From NCBI GenBank assembly GCA_025059235.1, contig JANXCV010000003.1, positions 131,509 to 195,508 on the forward strand: DNA of 64,000 nt, read 5' to 3'. Below, in pieces: positions 39,111 to 48,380 of this stretch; the stretch's first letter is position 1; every line of letters begins with the position of its first letter. The position numbers were made by a program, and so were the translations under genes. The DNA is from Candidatus Calescibacterium sp. GTDB lineage: Bacteria > DRYD01. The notes under the pieces were generated by a model. That model worked only from the letters and a program-made list of their open reading frames with translations. It had not been told where the DNA came from and searched no databases.

Positions 39111-39261
39111 AACTCCACAAATATTGGAATTGTCTTACGCGTAAAAATAAGGAATTGACGATAGTTATCATTCGGTAGCTCTTTAGTATAGATCGAAAAC
39201 TTATTAAACTGAAAAATGAAGGATTTAAGAAGGGTAAGATTTAATTATATCATAAGACAAT

Positions 39262-39747
39262 ATGAGTAAAAAACTAAGTGTTTGGATACTATTTATACTC
39301 CTTATAACCTCAAACTCATGGGGAACAATTTACAGACAAAACTTCATTTTTGATTCCACCAAGCTTGAATCTCTTAATAAATACAATAACATGGTCTTTG
39401 AATATCCAAAAAAATTCGATATATCTAACTTTAACAATAAGAAATTCTTTTTTTACCTTGATATAAAGGATATGAAGTTTGTAAACCTGCACAACTATTA
39501 TACGGACTTGGGGAATTTTTATAACAGAAGTAATTCCTATTTCAATCAGTTTAGTAGACCATTCTTTGATCATAACAACTTCTTCAAACTAGATAATAAC
39601 CTAAAGTTTGAATTCAATACTATGTACAATTTAAAGGGGAACATCTATTTTGATTTCAAAACCTCTATATATCTGGACAAGAATTTGAGCTTTAAAAATT
39701 TGGATCGCAAGGTAATGTCAAACCTAAGAGTCATAGTAAAGTTTTGA
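39262..39747 (+). CDS. putative small outer-membrane protein (signal peptide plus C-terminal aromatic residue)
   Basis: The 161 aa ORF starts MSKKLSVWILFILLITSNSWG. The mature part is N/F/Y/K-rich with alternating patterns. It ends in LRVIVKF, a terminal-Phe signature like that of beta-barrel OMPs. Confidence 0.45.
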   Translation: MSKKLSVWILFILLITSNSWGTIYRQNFIFDSTKLESLNKYNNMVFEYPKKFDISNFNNKKFFFYLDIKDMKFVNLHNYYTDLGNFYNRSNSYFNQFSRPFFDHNNFFKLDNNLKFEFNTMYNLKGNIYFDFKTSIYLDKNLSFKNLDRKVMSNLRVIVKF

Positions 39748-39916
39748 AAACATGAAGAACGTTAATATGAGCCAAGGTAGAACCCACATGACTAAGATAG
39801 TTATATATCTCTTTGGTTATGATTTCAGGCTTTTAGAAAGAGAAAGAAGTCCGAACCCAATCCGAGATTTAGCTGACGAAAGTTTAACTGATAACGATAA
39901 AACCTTCCTCTAGGTA

Positions 39917-40498
39917 ATGATAAATTCGATAAGGTCTATCATTCTAGAATCAATTTCCCTCAAAAATGCCTTACTGCAAGACGAGGAAGTAATATCTCAG
40001 ATTTTAAAGGCTATCTCCATAATTGTCAGTGCCATAAGAAGTGGTAAGAAAGTTATGATTGCTGGTAACGGTGGCTCTGCTGCTGATAGTCAGCATATGG
40101 CGGCAGAACTCGTAGGTAGATTGAATCTTGATAGAAAACCATTGCCTGCAATCGCTCTGACCACTGATACTTCTATCATAACCAGTATATCTAATGACTT
40201 CGATTTTTCTCAGATTTTTGCTAGACAGATAAGAGCTATCGGAAATCCAGGGGATATTCTGATGCTCATATCTACCAGCGGTAACTCTAAAAATTTGATC
40301 AAAGCCGTAGAAGAATCGAAGATAAGGGGAATAATAACTATTGGTCTGCTTGGTAGAGATGGTGGAACTCTAGCACAAATCGTCGACATCCCAATCATCG
40401 TAAAACACAATAACACACAAAGAATACAAGAATCACAGCTTATGATAGAACATATAATATGCGAATTAGTAGAGCAACAGCTACAGGAATATATATAA
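39917..40498 (+). CDS. gmhA: phosphoheptose isomerase (SIS domain)
   Basis: Blocks present: KVMIAGNGGSAADSQHMAAELVGR, ALTTDTSIITSISNDF, ISTSGNSKN. Confidence 0.9.
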   Translation: MINSIRSIILESISLKNALLQDEEVISQILKAISIIVSAIRSGKKVMIAGNGGSAADSQHMAAELVGRLNLDRKPLPAIALTTDTSIITSISNDFDFSQIFARQIRAIGNPGDILMLISTSGNSKNLIKAVEESKIRGIITIGLLGRDGGTLAQIVDIPIIVKHNNTQRIQESQLMIEHIICELVEQQLQEYI

Positions 40499-41607
40499 AC
40501 ACTGTCGGAATAAAAAATAATCTCAACAAGATAAAACTAATTATTCCCTATAAGATCATATCCGTTCTAAAGTCAAACGCCTATGGTTTGGGAATAGAAA
40601 ATATTCTTCCAACTGTAATGAATAGCGTCTACAAAGTTGCTATCAATGATATTGAAGAGTATTTTAATCACAAGTTGTATAACTTCCCTATTAATTTTAT
40701 ATTGCTTTTCCCAGAACTTGACGAAAACTTAATAACTGATGTTTTGAGGTATCCAAATGTCGAGATATGTATAAACAGTAGGGAAATGCTAGAGATTCTT
40801 TCTAAAATCAAGGATATCAAAATAAAAGCTCACTTGGAAGTTGATACGGGTATGAACAGAACAGGAATAAGATATGATAATAGAATAATCTTGGCTGACA
40901 ATATAGAGTTAGTCGGCATATATACCCACTTGAAAAATGATATTATACAGGACAACACAGAACAAATAATAAAATTTTATGAATTTATAGAAAGTAATGG
41001 GATTGCTTTAACAAGGCTAGATATTGGTATTCTCAGTACTACAGGGGTTTTGAATTACCCGAGTTTTTTGAAAGTTGACGATTACAGAGTTAACTTTATT
41101 CTCAAAGTTTCTAACACTGCAAGGGTAGGTATTTTACAATATGGTATTGTTCCTTCTGTGAAATATCTAAGATTAAAAGAGGAGTTAAATTTGAGGAGTT
41201 GTATTAAGATGGAAGTTGGTTTTTTGGGATCTAAGATTGTTAAAAAAGGGGAAACTATAGGATATACCAGCAAATATTTGAATCTTGCTCATAAGGATTT
41301 GCTAATTGGTTTGGCTTACCTTGGATACTCTAAAATTCCGTTCTGCAACAATTTATATTTTGATGTAGTTACTGATAGGCGTAGATTTATAGCTAAGTCT
41401 GTTGGAACCATGTCCATGGATATTGTGGCTTTTGATCTCAGTGACCTAAATGATGGAGAAAACATAAAAAAGATATATTTACTTTCTGAAAATATTGATT
41501 TGGAGGTTCAAGCCGAGTTAAACAACCATCTTGTATACAACTTCCTTACATGTATGGGATCGATCAAGAAATATTTGTACGGAGGTGATAATTATCCAGA
41601 AGTATAG
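40459..41607 (+). CDS. alr: alanine racemase
   Basis: The PLP-lysine block is ISVLKSNAYGLG. Also present are HLEVDTGMNRTGI, VGIYTHL and a C-terminal MSMD block. The start is uncertain because the track ATG overlaps gmhA by 40 nt. Confidence 0.8.
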   Translation: MRISRATATGIYINTVGIKNNLNKIKLIIPYKIISVLKSNAYGLGIENILPTVMNSVYKVAINDIEEYFNHKLYNFPINFILLFPELDENLITDVLRYPNVEICINSREMLEILSKIKDIKIKAHLEVDTGMNRTGIRYDNRIILADNIELVGIYTHLKNDIIQDNTEQIIKFYEFIESNGIALTRLDIGILSTTGVLNYPSFLKVDDYRVNFILKVSNTARVGILQYGIVPSVKYLRLKEELNLRSCIKMEVGFLGSKIVKKGETIGYTSKYLNLAHKDLLIGLAYLGYSKIPFCNNLYFDVVTDRRRFIAKSVGTMSMDIVAFDLSDLNDGENIKKIYLLSENIDLEVQAELNNHLVYNFLTCMGSIKKYLYGGDNYPEV

Positions 41608-42094
41608 GGTAAACAGGGAAATAAGGGCTCCCAGAGTTAGAGTCATAGATGAGCAAAATAGGAACCTGGGTATAATGGATATATCTGAAGCACTGGAGTT
41701 AGCCGAAGAAAAGGGATTAGATCTTGTAGAGGTAGCTCCCAACTCCGAACCTCCAACCTGTAAAATAGTAGACTACGGCAAGTTTAAATACGAAATGATG
41801 AAAAAGGAAAAAGAGGCTAGGAAAAATCAAAAAAGACAAGAACTCAAGGAAGTTAAACTGAAAAACAAAATAGACAAAAGTGGATTAGAAATCAAGGTTC
41901 AAACAATAAAAAGGATTCTTGATGAAGGAGATAAAGTCAAGATAACTCTCCAGCTTATCGGGAAATCAAGAGCCCAACCAGAAAAATATAAACACGTCAT
42001 CGAAGAAATAATCTCTCAGCTCGGTAACGTAAAAATAGAAAAAGAAATAACAGTAGACAATACCAACATATATACCATAATAACCAAAGGATAG
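41591..42094 (+). CDS. infC: translation initiation factor IF-3, probable non-AUG (AUU/AUC) start
   Basis: The sequence VNREIRAPRVRVIDEQNRNLGIMDISEALELAEEKGLDLVEVAPNSEPPTCKIVDYGKFKYE is canonical IF-3. GGAGGTGA at 41581-41588 is followed in frame by ATT (41591) and ATC (41594). The track's ATG at 41531 would add about 20 aa lying inside alr. Confidence 0.85.
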   Translation: MIQKYRVNREIRAPRVRVIDEQNRNLGIMDISEALELAEEKGLDLVEVAPNSEPPTCKIVDYGKFKYEMMKKEKEARKNQKRQELKEVKLKNKIDKSGLEIKVQTIKRILDEGDKVKITLQLIGKSRAQPEKYKHVIEEIISQLGNVKIEKEITVDNTNIYTIITKG

Positions 42095-42095
42095 G

Positions 42096-43013
42096 ATGAA
42101 AATAGCCAATATATTGGTTTCCATAATTTTTTTGTTATTTTTATCCGTTAGTTTATTTTTTGTTTATAGACTTTTCTACGGGGAACAAGGAGATACAGTT
42201 ATCGTGCCTAATATCATAGGGATGGATGTTTATAGTGCTAAAGAGAGTGTTAAAATAGTGGACTTAAAAGTTGAGGTGGTTTCTTCTACTTTTTCAGATA
42301 AGCCGGTAAATGTTATCGTCAAACAATATCCTGAACCTGGAATGGAGGTAAAGAAGAACGGTATAATAAAAGTTGTAGTTAGTAGGGGTAAAAAGGAATT
42401 GCAGGAAGAGTTACCTGATCTCGTCGGTAGAAAATTAAGCGAAATTAAATCCGATCCTATAGTTAATACTTTTCTCAAAAAGTACAACCTATCATTGAAG
42501 ATAATCTACTATCCAACTTTATTGTTAGATAATGAGAGAATAATCCTTCAATCTATTATTCCTGACTCTTCAAAGGGTAGGATTATGGAAATTTTGGTCT
42601 CAAAAACTGAAGATCCAAACCTATATATAAAAAATAGTTATAGTAAAATCAATCAATTCCTGTATGATGTAAAAGTCGATGGCATCCTTATAGATCTAGA
42701 CAATACTGATGAAAATGATGATAGAAATATCCAAGATATAGAGATATACAATAACAATCTGATAGTCGAAGCAGATCTAAATTATTCTCAAATTCCTTCT
42801 ATCAAAATAACCAGTATATATGTAAAGCCGCAATATGCTAAGGGTATAAGTTTGCTTGAGGTTATTCTGTCAGATTTTTTAGGAACACGAACTATCTTGC
42901 GTCAATATTATACAGGCATATTCGTCTGCAATCTGCAAGTATTCTACATTGGAGAGGGCAGGATTACAATAAATATTGATGGTAAAAAAGTCTCCTCCTA
43001 CGCGTTACCATGA
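42096..43013 (+). CDS. membrane-anchored PASTA-domain protein (no kinase or transpeptidase domain)
   Basis: An N-terminal TM helix is followed by two PASTA-like units. The units are VIVPNIIGMDVYSAKESVKIVDLKVEVV..VIVKQYPEPGMEVKKNGIIKVVVSRG and LPDLVGRKLSEIKS. Confidence 0.65.
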   Translation: MKIANILVSIIFLLFLSVSLFFVYRLFYGEQGDTVIVPNIIGMDVYSAKESVKIVDLKVEVVSSTFSDKPVNVIVKQYPEPGMEVKKNGIIKVVVSRGKKELQEELPDLVGRKLSEIKSDPIVNTFLKKYNLSLKIIYYPTLLLDNERIILQSIIPDSSKGRIMEILVSKTEDPNLYIKNSYSKINQFLYDVKVDGILIDLDNTDENDDRNIQDIEIYNNNLIVEADLNYSQIPSIKITSIYVKPQYAKGISLLEVILSDFLGTRTILRQYYTGIFVCNLQVFYIGEGRITINIDGKKVSSYALP

Positions 43014-43669
43014 GTTTATCTAATATCATTTTTCCAATTAACTTTTATCATCAGGTTTACGGTCTAGGTTCTGAAACTGATTTTATCAAAGTTAATCAAA
43101 ATTTAAGCTATATTCTGAATTTAGTATTTGAAAAAATAGAATATTTGGTATTAGAAATTGGTTTTGGTAGGGGAGATTTCTTATTACAGTTTTCAAAAGA
43201 TAATCCGAATTATCAGATAGTTGGTATTGAAAAGTCAGAAAGGTTAGTCAAGGAAGTAGCAAAAAAGCTCGAAAGGAACGGAATAAATAATGTTAGGTTA
43301 ATCCATTCTATGGCAGATTTTGCAATCCATTTCCTAATCCCCTATAATTCTGTAGATATGTTAATTGTAAACTTTCCCGATCCTTGGCCTAAAAAAGCTC
43401 ATTTACGACGAAGATTAATAAACCCAAACTTTCTAAAACTACTGTATAACAAAATGAAATCAGAAGCAAAAATATTCATCTCTACAGACGTTGAAAAATA
43501 TAAAGACTATATTCTCGATTCGGTCGAAAAAGCATACAACCAAGGATTTCATTATAAGGTATCCCGGGTGTTTCTAGGTTTTTGGGATGAGAAATATCAA
43601 ACAAAATACCTCAGAAAATGGCTAAAACAAAACAAAAAAATTTTCTCCATAGAAATAATAAAGAAATAA
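43010..43669 (+). CDS. trmB: tRNA (guanine46-N7)-methyltransferase
   Basis: Blocks present: LEIGFGRGDFLLQFSKDNPNYQIVGIE, NFPDPWPKKAHLRRRL. Confidence 0.9.
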   Translation: MSLSNIIFPINFYHQVYGLGSETDFIKVNQNLSYILNLVFEKIEYLVLEIGFGRGDFLLQFSKDNPNYQIVGIEKSERLVKEVAKKLERNGINNVRLIHSMADFAIHFLIPYNSVDMLIVNFPDPWPKKAHLRRRLINPNFLKLLYNKMKSEAKIFISTDVEKYKDYILDSVEKAYNQGFHYKVSRVFLGFWDEKYQTKYLRKWLKQNKKIFSIEIIKK

Positions 43670-43678
43670 CTGGCAGAT

Positions 43679-44863
43679 ATGTCTAAATCATTGTTTAAAA
43701 ATGATGTTCTGACTATATTTTTAAGTGTGATTTTAGGTGTGATTTTTGGCTATTTCCTACCTGATTTTTCTAAAAGCCTGAAGATAATAGGGGAAATATT
43801 TTTAAGTCTATTGAGAATGTTGGTAATACCTTTAGTTTTAGTTGCTATAACTGGAGCGATTATAAACCTCGGATCAATAGATAAATTAAAGACTATAGGT
43901 TCTTGGGCCATAGGACTGTATTTCTTTACGATGTTTGTTGCCATTTTCATAGGAATATGTAGTATAATCATCATAAATCCTACTTGGCATGGAAACATTG
44001 AAAACAAAAATTTAAACATACAAGTCAAAACATTTTCTGAATTTATACTAAGTATTTTCCCTTCTAATATTTTTAGATCGATGTACGAAGGAAATATTCT
44101 ACAGCTGATATTTTTCTGCGTTCTTTTGGGAATAGCTATTCTTAGTGTAAATAAGATGATAGATGAGGTTAAGGCATTTTTTATGTATATGTTTGACGTG
44201 ATAATGTTAATGGTCAAATGGTTTATCAAATTTGCTCCTGTGGGAATATTTTCTTTGATTTCAAATATAGTTGCTAATTTTGGGTTAGATGTTTTTTTAA
44301 GCTTATCTGGATATTTTTTATCTGTAGTTGCTGGGATATTTTTTCATGGACTTGTGTTTTTACCTGTTTTAATATATCTTCTTACTGGTAGTAATCCCTG
44401 GATAGTTCTGAAGAAAGTTTACAATGCTCTAATTGTTGCTTTTTCTACTTGTTCGAGTTCTGCTACTTTGCCAGTAAGTATGAATAATTGTATAGAAAAT
44501 CTGGGATTAAGGAGGGAGGTAGTTGACTTTGTTTTACCGTTAGGAGCTACTGTGAATATGAATGGAACAGCGTTGTACGAGGCCGTGGCTGCTATATTTG
44601 TCGCCAGTGTTTTTGGCATAGAACTGGGGTTTTATGAATATATAGTAATTTCAATAACATCAGTTTTTGCTGCAGTTGGTGCTGCAGCTATTCCAGGAGC
44701 CGGCCTGATTACTATGTCCATCGTATTTACAGCAGTCGGAATACCACTTGAAGGAATAGGCTTGATAGTCATCGTCGATAGATTTCTAGATATGTTCAGA
44801 ACTACATTGAATGTTTGGGGAGATATCGTCGTTGCCTTCATAATCGATAAGAAAACAACTTAG
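43679..44863 (+). CDS. dicarboxylate/amino acid:cation symporter (DAACS family)
   Basis: The protein is polytopic. It has SSSATLPVSM, LPLGATVNMNGTALYEAVAAIFVA and DRFLDMFRTTLNVWGD, which are conserved DAACS blocks. Confidence 0.85.
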   Translation: MSKSLFKNDVLTIFLSVILGVIFGYFLPDFSKSLKIIGEIFLSLLRMLVIPLVLVAITGAIINLGSIDKLKTIGSWAIGLYFFTMFVAIFIGICSIIIINPTWHGNIENKNLNIQVKTFSEFILSIFPSNIFRSMYEGNILQLIFFCVLLGIAILSVNKMIDEVKAFFMYMFDVIMLMVKWFIKFAPVGIFSLISNIVANFGLDVFLSLSGYFLSVVAGIFFHGLVFLPVLIYLLTGSNPWIVLKKVYNALIVAFSTCSSSATLPVSMNNCIENLGLRREVVDFVLPLGATVNMNGTALYEAVAAIFVASVFGIELGFYEYIVISITSVFAAVGAAAIPGAGLITMSIVFTAVGIPLEGIGLIVIVDRFLDMFRTTLNVWGDIVVAFIIDKKTT

Positions 44864-44956
44864 ATTCTTAAGCCTTTTTAATAGAAGGTCTGATTTTTAA
44901 CCTTATAGAAATTTCTAATTATGCTAGTACAAAGTATGTGAAGGAGGTGATAATTG

Positions 44957-47323
44957 ATGTTATTTTTAGCTAGTGAGGCTACAATAAAGTTACCTCAATT
45001 CACAAACCAAGAGTATTTGTACATATTTCTTGTTTTGATATCTGGTATAATAGGTATTCTTTTTGCAGGTATAACGTTTTTAAATATCATGAAAAAGGAT
45101 CCTGGTAATGAAGATATGCAGCGTATAGCTGCTGCTATTCAAGAAGGAGCTAATGCCTATTTAAGTAAACAAGCCCAAACCATGAGTATTTTTGTCATTA
45201 TATTAGCTATTGCTCTGTTTTTCTTATATTTGAGCATATTTAACAGTACTTCTTTGGCTCTTGGAGTTTCGATAGCTTTTCTCATGGGAGTTGGTTTTTC
45301 ATATGCTGCTGGCGGTACAGGAATGTATCTTGCTGTTAGAGCAAATCAGAGAACTGCTCAAGCTGCTATTTCAAGCTATGTCAATGCCATGAAAATAGCT
45401 TTTAGAGCTGGAAGCGTTGCTGGAATGGCTACCGTAGGTTTAGCACTGCTTGGAGCTGCACTACTTTTCCTATTATATCGCGAAGAAGCTGTAAAAGTTT
45501 TCGTAGGTTTTGGTTTTGGAGGTTCTTTAGGGGCTCTCTTTATGCGGGTCGGCGGAGGAATATATACCAAGGCTGCTGATGTTGGAGCTGATATAGTTGG
45601 TAAAGTAGAAGCTGGTATACCCGAAGATGATCCCCGTAATCCAGCTGTCATAGCAGATAACGTCGGGGATAATGTCGGTGACTGTGCAGGAATGGTAGCA
45701 GACGTATTCGAAAGTTATGCAGTTACCCTAGTGGCATCTATCGTCTTGGGAGTTGTAGTCTTTTACGATCAAACTTTTACCAATTTGCTACAGACTCAAT
45801 ACGCTTGGACACAGGATATGATAAACAAAATGACATTATTACTAGTATTTTATCCTTTATTGGTCAGAGCTATAGGAGTTATTACCTCTATTATTGGTGT
45901 ATTAGCTTTGAATCCAAAAGAAGATGATACTAATCCTATGAGGCCGATTAACTTTGGTTTTTGGGTTTCTATTTTTGCTACAATAGTTTTAGTGTTCTTT
46001 TTGAATTTTTTGATTCCTGCTTTGCCTACTACACCTGACTGGGCTAAATGGTTTGGGCAGTATGACTTCAGGTTTTTCTTAGCTACCAGCCTTGGGGTAG
46101 TCCTTGCTGCTATAACCCTTTTGATTACTGACTACTATACCCATATCGATAAACTACCTGTGACTGAAACCTCCTATTCTTCCAAGACGGGTACTGCCAC
46201 TTTGATCTTATCTGGTATGGCACATGGCTATCAAAGTAGTGCTTGGGCTGTAATTTCGATAATTGTCGTCGTTGGTATCGCTTTTCTACTTTTCCCAGAG
46301 AATCTATATCTACAGATGTACGCAATATCCTTGGCTGGTATGGGACTGTTGACCACGACGGGATATATACTGGCAATGGATACCTATGGTCCAATATCTG
46401 ATAACGCCAATGGTATATTTGAAATGTCTGGTGTTGCTAAGACGCTGAATAGTAGTAAACCTCAAGAGATAATAGCCAAGCTTGATGCCGTAGGTAATAC
46501 TACTAAAGCATTGACCAAGGGATTAGCTATAGCCACTGCAGTTTTTGCAGCAATATCCCTGTTTGTGTCCTATGTAAGTGAAGCTGGCTTGCTCAAAGGT
46601 ATAAGGATAGATCAGCCGCTGGTCTTTCTTGGATTGTTAGCAGGTGGTGCAATACCTTTCTTTTTTGCAAGCTTTACTATCAATGCTGTTGGTAGAAGTG
46701 CTTTCAAGATAGTTGAGGAAGTAAGAAGACAATTCAGGAGTATACCTGGATTACTTGAAGGGAAAGCAAAGCCGGAATATGGTAAGTGTGTTAGTATTGC
46801 AACTACTGCAGCTCAGAAGGAATTGATCGGCCCCGGTATTGTGGGTGTCTTTTCTCCGATATTGATTGGTTTTCTGTTTGGTGCAGAAGCTCTGGGTGCT
46901 TTGCTAGGAGGAGTTATACTAGTTGGTCAGTTACTAGCTGTGTATATGGCTAACGCTGGTGGACTTTGGGATAATGCTAAGAAGAAAATAGAAGAAGGAT
47001 TTTTGGGTGGAAAGGGGACTGAATATCACAAAGCTGCTGTGGTGGGAGATACTGTAGGTGATCCCCTGAAAGACACTACAGGACCTGCTATAAATCCTCT
47101 AATCAAGGTAATAAACCTAGTAGCTTTATTGCTTGCTCCGGTGCTAGCTACTATTGATACCATTAATCCTGTAGTAAGATTTACAGTAATCTTCTTATCA
47201 ATAGTGATACTTGCTATAGCAGTTTATATTTCAAATAAGGGAAGTATACTTGATAATCCTGAGGCTAAAGAAGAGCTTAAAAAACATACTCAAAGGAATC
47301 TCAGTCAAGGTTCAGAGGTTTAA
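44957..47323 (+). CDS. hppA: membrane-bound proton-translocating pyrophosphatase
   Basis: Blocks present: [84 protein letters not shown] 44957 lies 6 nt after AGGAGGTGA. The track's TTG at 44954 is too close to the SD. Confidence 0.95.
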   Translation: MLFLASEATIKLPQFTNQEYLYIFLVLISGIIGILFAGITFLNIMKKDPGNEDMQRIAAAIQEGANAYLSKQAQTMSIFVIILAIALFFLYLSIFNSTSLALGVSIAFLMGVGFSYAAGGTGMYLAVRANQRTAQAAISSYVNAMKIAFRAGSVAGMATVGLALLGAALLFLLYREEAVKVFVGFGFGGSLGALFMRVGGGIYTKAADVGADIVGKVEAGIPEDDPRNPAVIADNVGDNVGDCAGMVADVFESYAVTLVASIVLGVVVFYDQTFTNLLQTQYAWTQDMINKMTLLLVFYPLLVRAIGVITSIIGVLALNPKEDDTNPMRPINFGFWVSIFATIVLVFFLNFLIPALPTTPDWAKWFGQYDFRFFLATSLGVVLAAITLLITDYYTHIDKLPVTETSYSSKTGTATLILSGMAHGYQSSAWAVISIIVVVGIAFLLFPENLYLQMYAISLAGMGLLTTTGYILAMDTYGPISDNANGIFEMSGVAKTLNSSKPQEIIAKLDAVGNTTKALTKGLAIATAVFAAISLFVSYVSEAGLLKGIRIDQPLVFLGLLAGGAIPFFFASFTINAVGRSAFKIVEEVRRQFRSIPGLLEGKAKPEYGKCVSIATTAAQKELIGPGIVGVFSPILIGFLFGAEALGALLGGVILVGQLLAVYMANAGGLWDNAKKKIEEGFLGGKGTEYHKAAVVGDTVGDPLKDTTGPAINPLIKVINLVALLLAPVLATIDTINPVVRFTVIFLSIVILAIAVYISNKGSILDNPEAKEELKKHTQRNLSQGSEV

Positions 47324-47325
47324 AT

Positions 47326-48267
47326 ATGGAGTTCCTACATATAAGGCAGAGGTATTTGAAGGAATTTTCGGTGAAAAATACTTCTTTCGGCATAGTGTTT
47401 GGTTCTCCATATGCTTTTTTATATTTGATTGATGGTCTTCTTTTTGATACTTCTGTGAGTGCTTGGGCTTATTTGCTTTGTGAAAAACTAAAAGACACTG
47501 AATGGAAAAGGAAGATTTTTCTGACGCATTCTCACTATGATCACTTGGGCGGTGTTGGGACCATAAAATCCTTCTTCCCAGAGACTCTTGTATATGCTAA
47601 TTCATATGTTAGTAGAGTTTTAAAATCTCCCAATGCTTTGGAAATAATAAAAAAATTTGATCATTATGATTCAAGTGAGATAAAGCAGTTTCATCAAATC
47701 AATCAAATTGGATTCGTAACATTTGAATTAGATCATACTTTTGATTTTAGTGACAAAGAGTATATATCCATTGAAAATATTGATGTTATCTATACTCCTG
47801 GTCATACTAAGGATACTGTTTCCTACTATCTTTCTTCTTATAATTGTCTAATAATGTCTGAGTGTATGGGAATACCTAATCATAGATTTGATTTTGTATT
47901 GCCTGAGTTTCTCAGTAGCTACAATCTTTATATCCAATCATTTCAAAAACTAAAAGATTTAGTGCTACAAAAAAAGATTAATAACTTTCTGCTTCCTCAT
48001 ATCATGTATTTTGAGTATTTTTCTGACGTTAGAGATTTTATAAAGTTATCTGAATATAGTCTAAACATGTATGTTAAATCGATAATTGGTTTTATACAGA
48101 AGGTTGGTTTGGATAAGAATTCCATTCATGATGAGTTAAAAGTCAAAGATGTATTCAGGATGGTACTGGATAGTTACTATGTCAAGTATGAACTTAGTCA
48201 ACCGATGTACGGTTTTGAAGCTAATGTTACTGCTCAAATCAGAGCTATTGTTAAAGAGTTATTGTAA
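47326..48267 (+). CDS. MBL-fold metallo-hydrolase
   Basis: The THSHYDHLGG (HxHxDH) motif is present, followed by TPGHT. Confidence 0.75.
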   Translation: MEFLHIRQRYLKEFSVKNTSFGIVFGSPYAFLYLIDGLLFDTSVSAWAYLLCEKLKDTEWKRKIFLTHSHYDHLGGVGTIKSFFPETLVYANSYVSRVLKSPNALEIIKKFDHYDSSEIKQFHQINQIGFVTFELDHTFDFSDKEYISIENIDVIYTPGHTKDTVSYYLSSYNCLIMSECMGIPNHRFDFVLPEFLSSYNLYIQSFQKLKDLVLQKKINNFLLPHIMYFEYFSDVRDFIKLSEYSLNMYVKSIIGFIQKVGLDKNSIHDELKVKDVFRMVLDSYYVKYELSQPMYGFEANVTAQIRAIVKELL

Positions 48268-48311
48268 TCTTTGTTGTATTCCTGATTTATCTATTTGCTT
48301 TCAAGTGTACG

Positions 48312-48346
48312 GGTATAACTTTTTTTGGCAGGTATAACTTTTTTTG
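48312..48346. repeat. 16-nt tandem direct repeat GGTATAACTTTTTTTG x2 (19-nt period)
   Basis: Read directly at 48312-48327 and 48331-48346, in the gap between convergent genes. Confidence 0.7.
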
Positions 48347-48380
48347 ATTTTATCTTTTTGGGTTTTGTTCTGGATTAAGA

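Noticed and set aside
39752-39913. 53-codon ORF (MKNVNMSQGRTHMTKIVIYLFGYDFRLLERE...) filling the gap upstream of gmhA
   Set aside because: It has no SD, no recognisable motif, and a composition unlike neighbouring genes. It might be a leader or a gene remnant, but I cannot support calling it.
41531-41590. ATG 41531 as the infC start (ORF-track coordinates)
   Set aside because: It would add about 20 residues not found in IF-3 and lies inside alr with no SD. A perfect SD followed by in-frame ATT/ATC at 41591/41594 fits known infC biology better.
43750-44841. Minus-strand ORFs 43750..44229, 44419..44619 and 44632..44841 inside the DAACS transporter gene
   Set aside because: These are shadow ORFs opposite a well-supported transporter CDS, with no independent motif or ribosome-binding site.
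45376-46394. Antisense ORFs inside hppA (45376..45651 and 46125..46394, minus strand)
   Set aside because: They lie entirely within a very strongly supported CDS on the opposite strand. Their translations are low-complexity (P/S/A/K-rich), typical of shadow frames in the relatively GC-richer hppA. They have no SD.
48312-48346. CRISPR array
   Set aside because: There are only two 16-nt repeat copies separated by a 3-nt spacer, and no cas genes. No other regularly spaced repeats were seen in the window.
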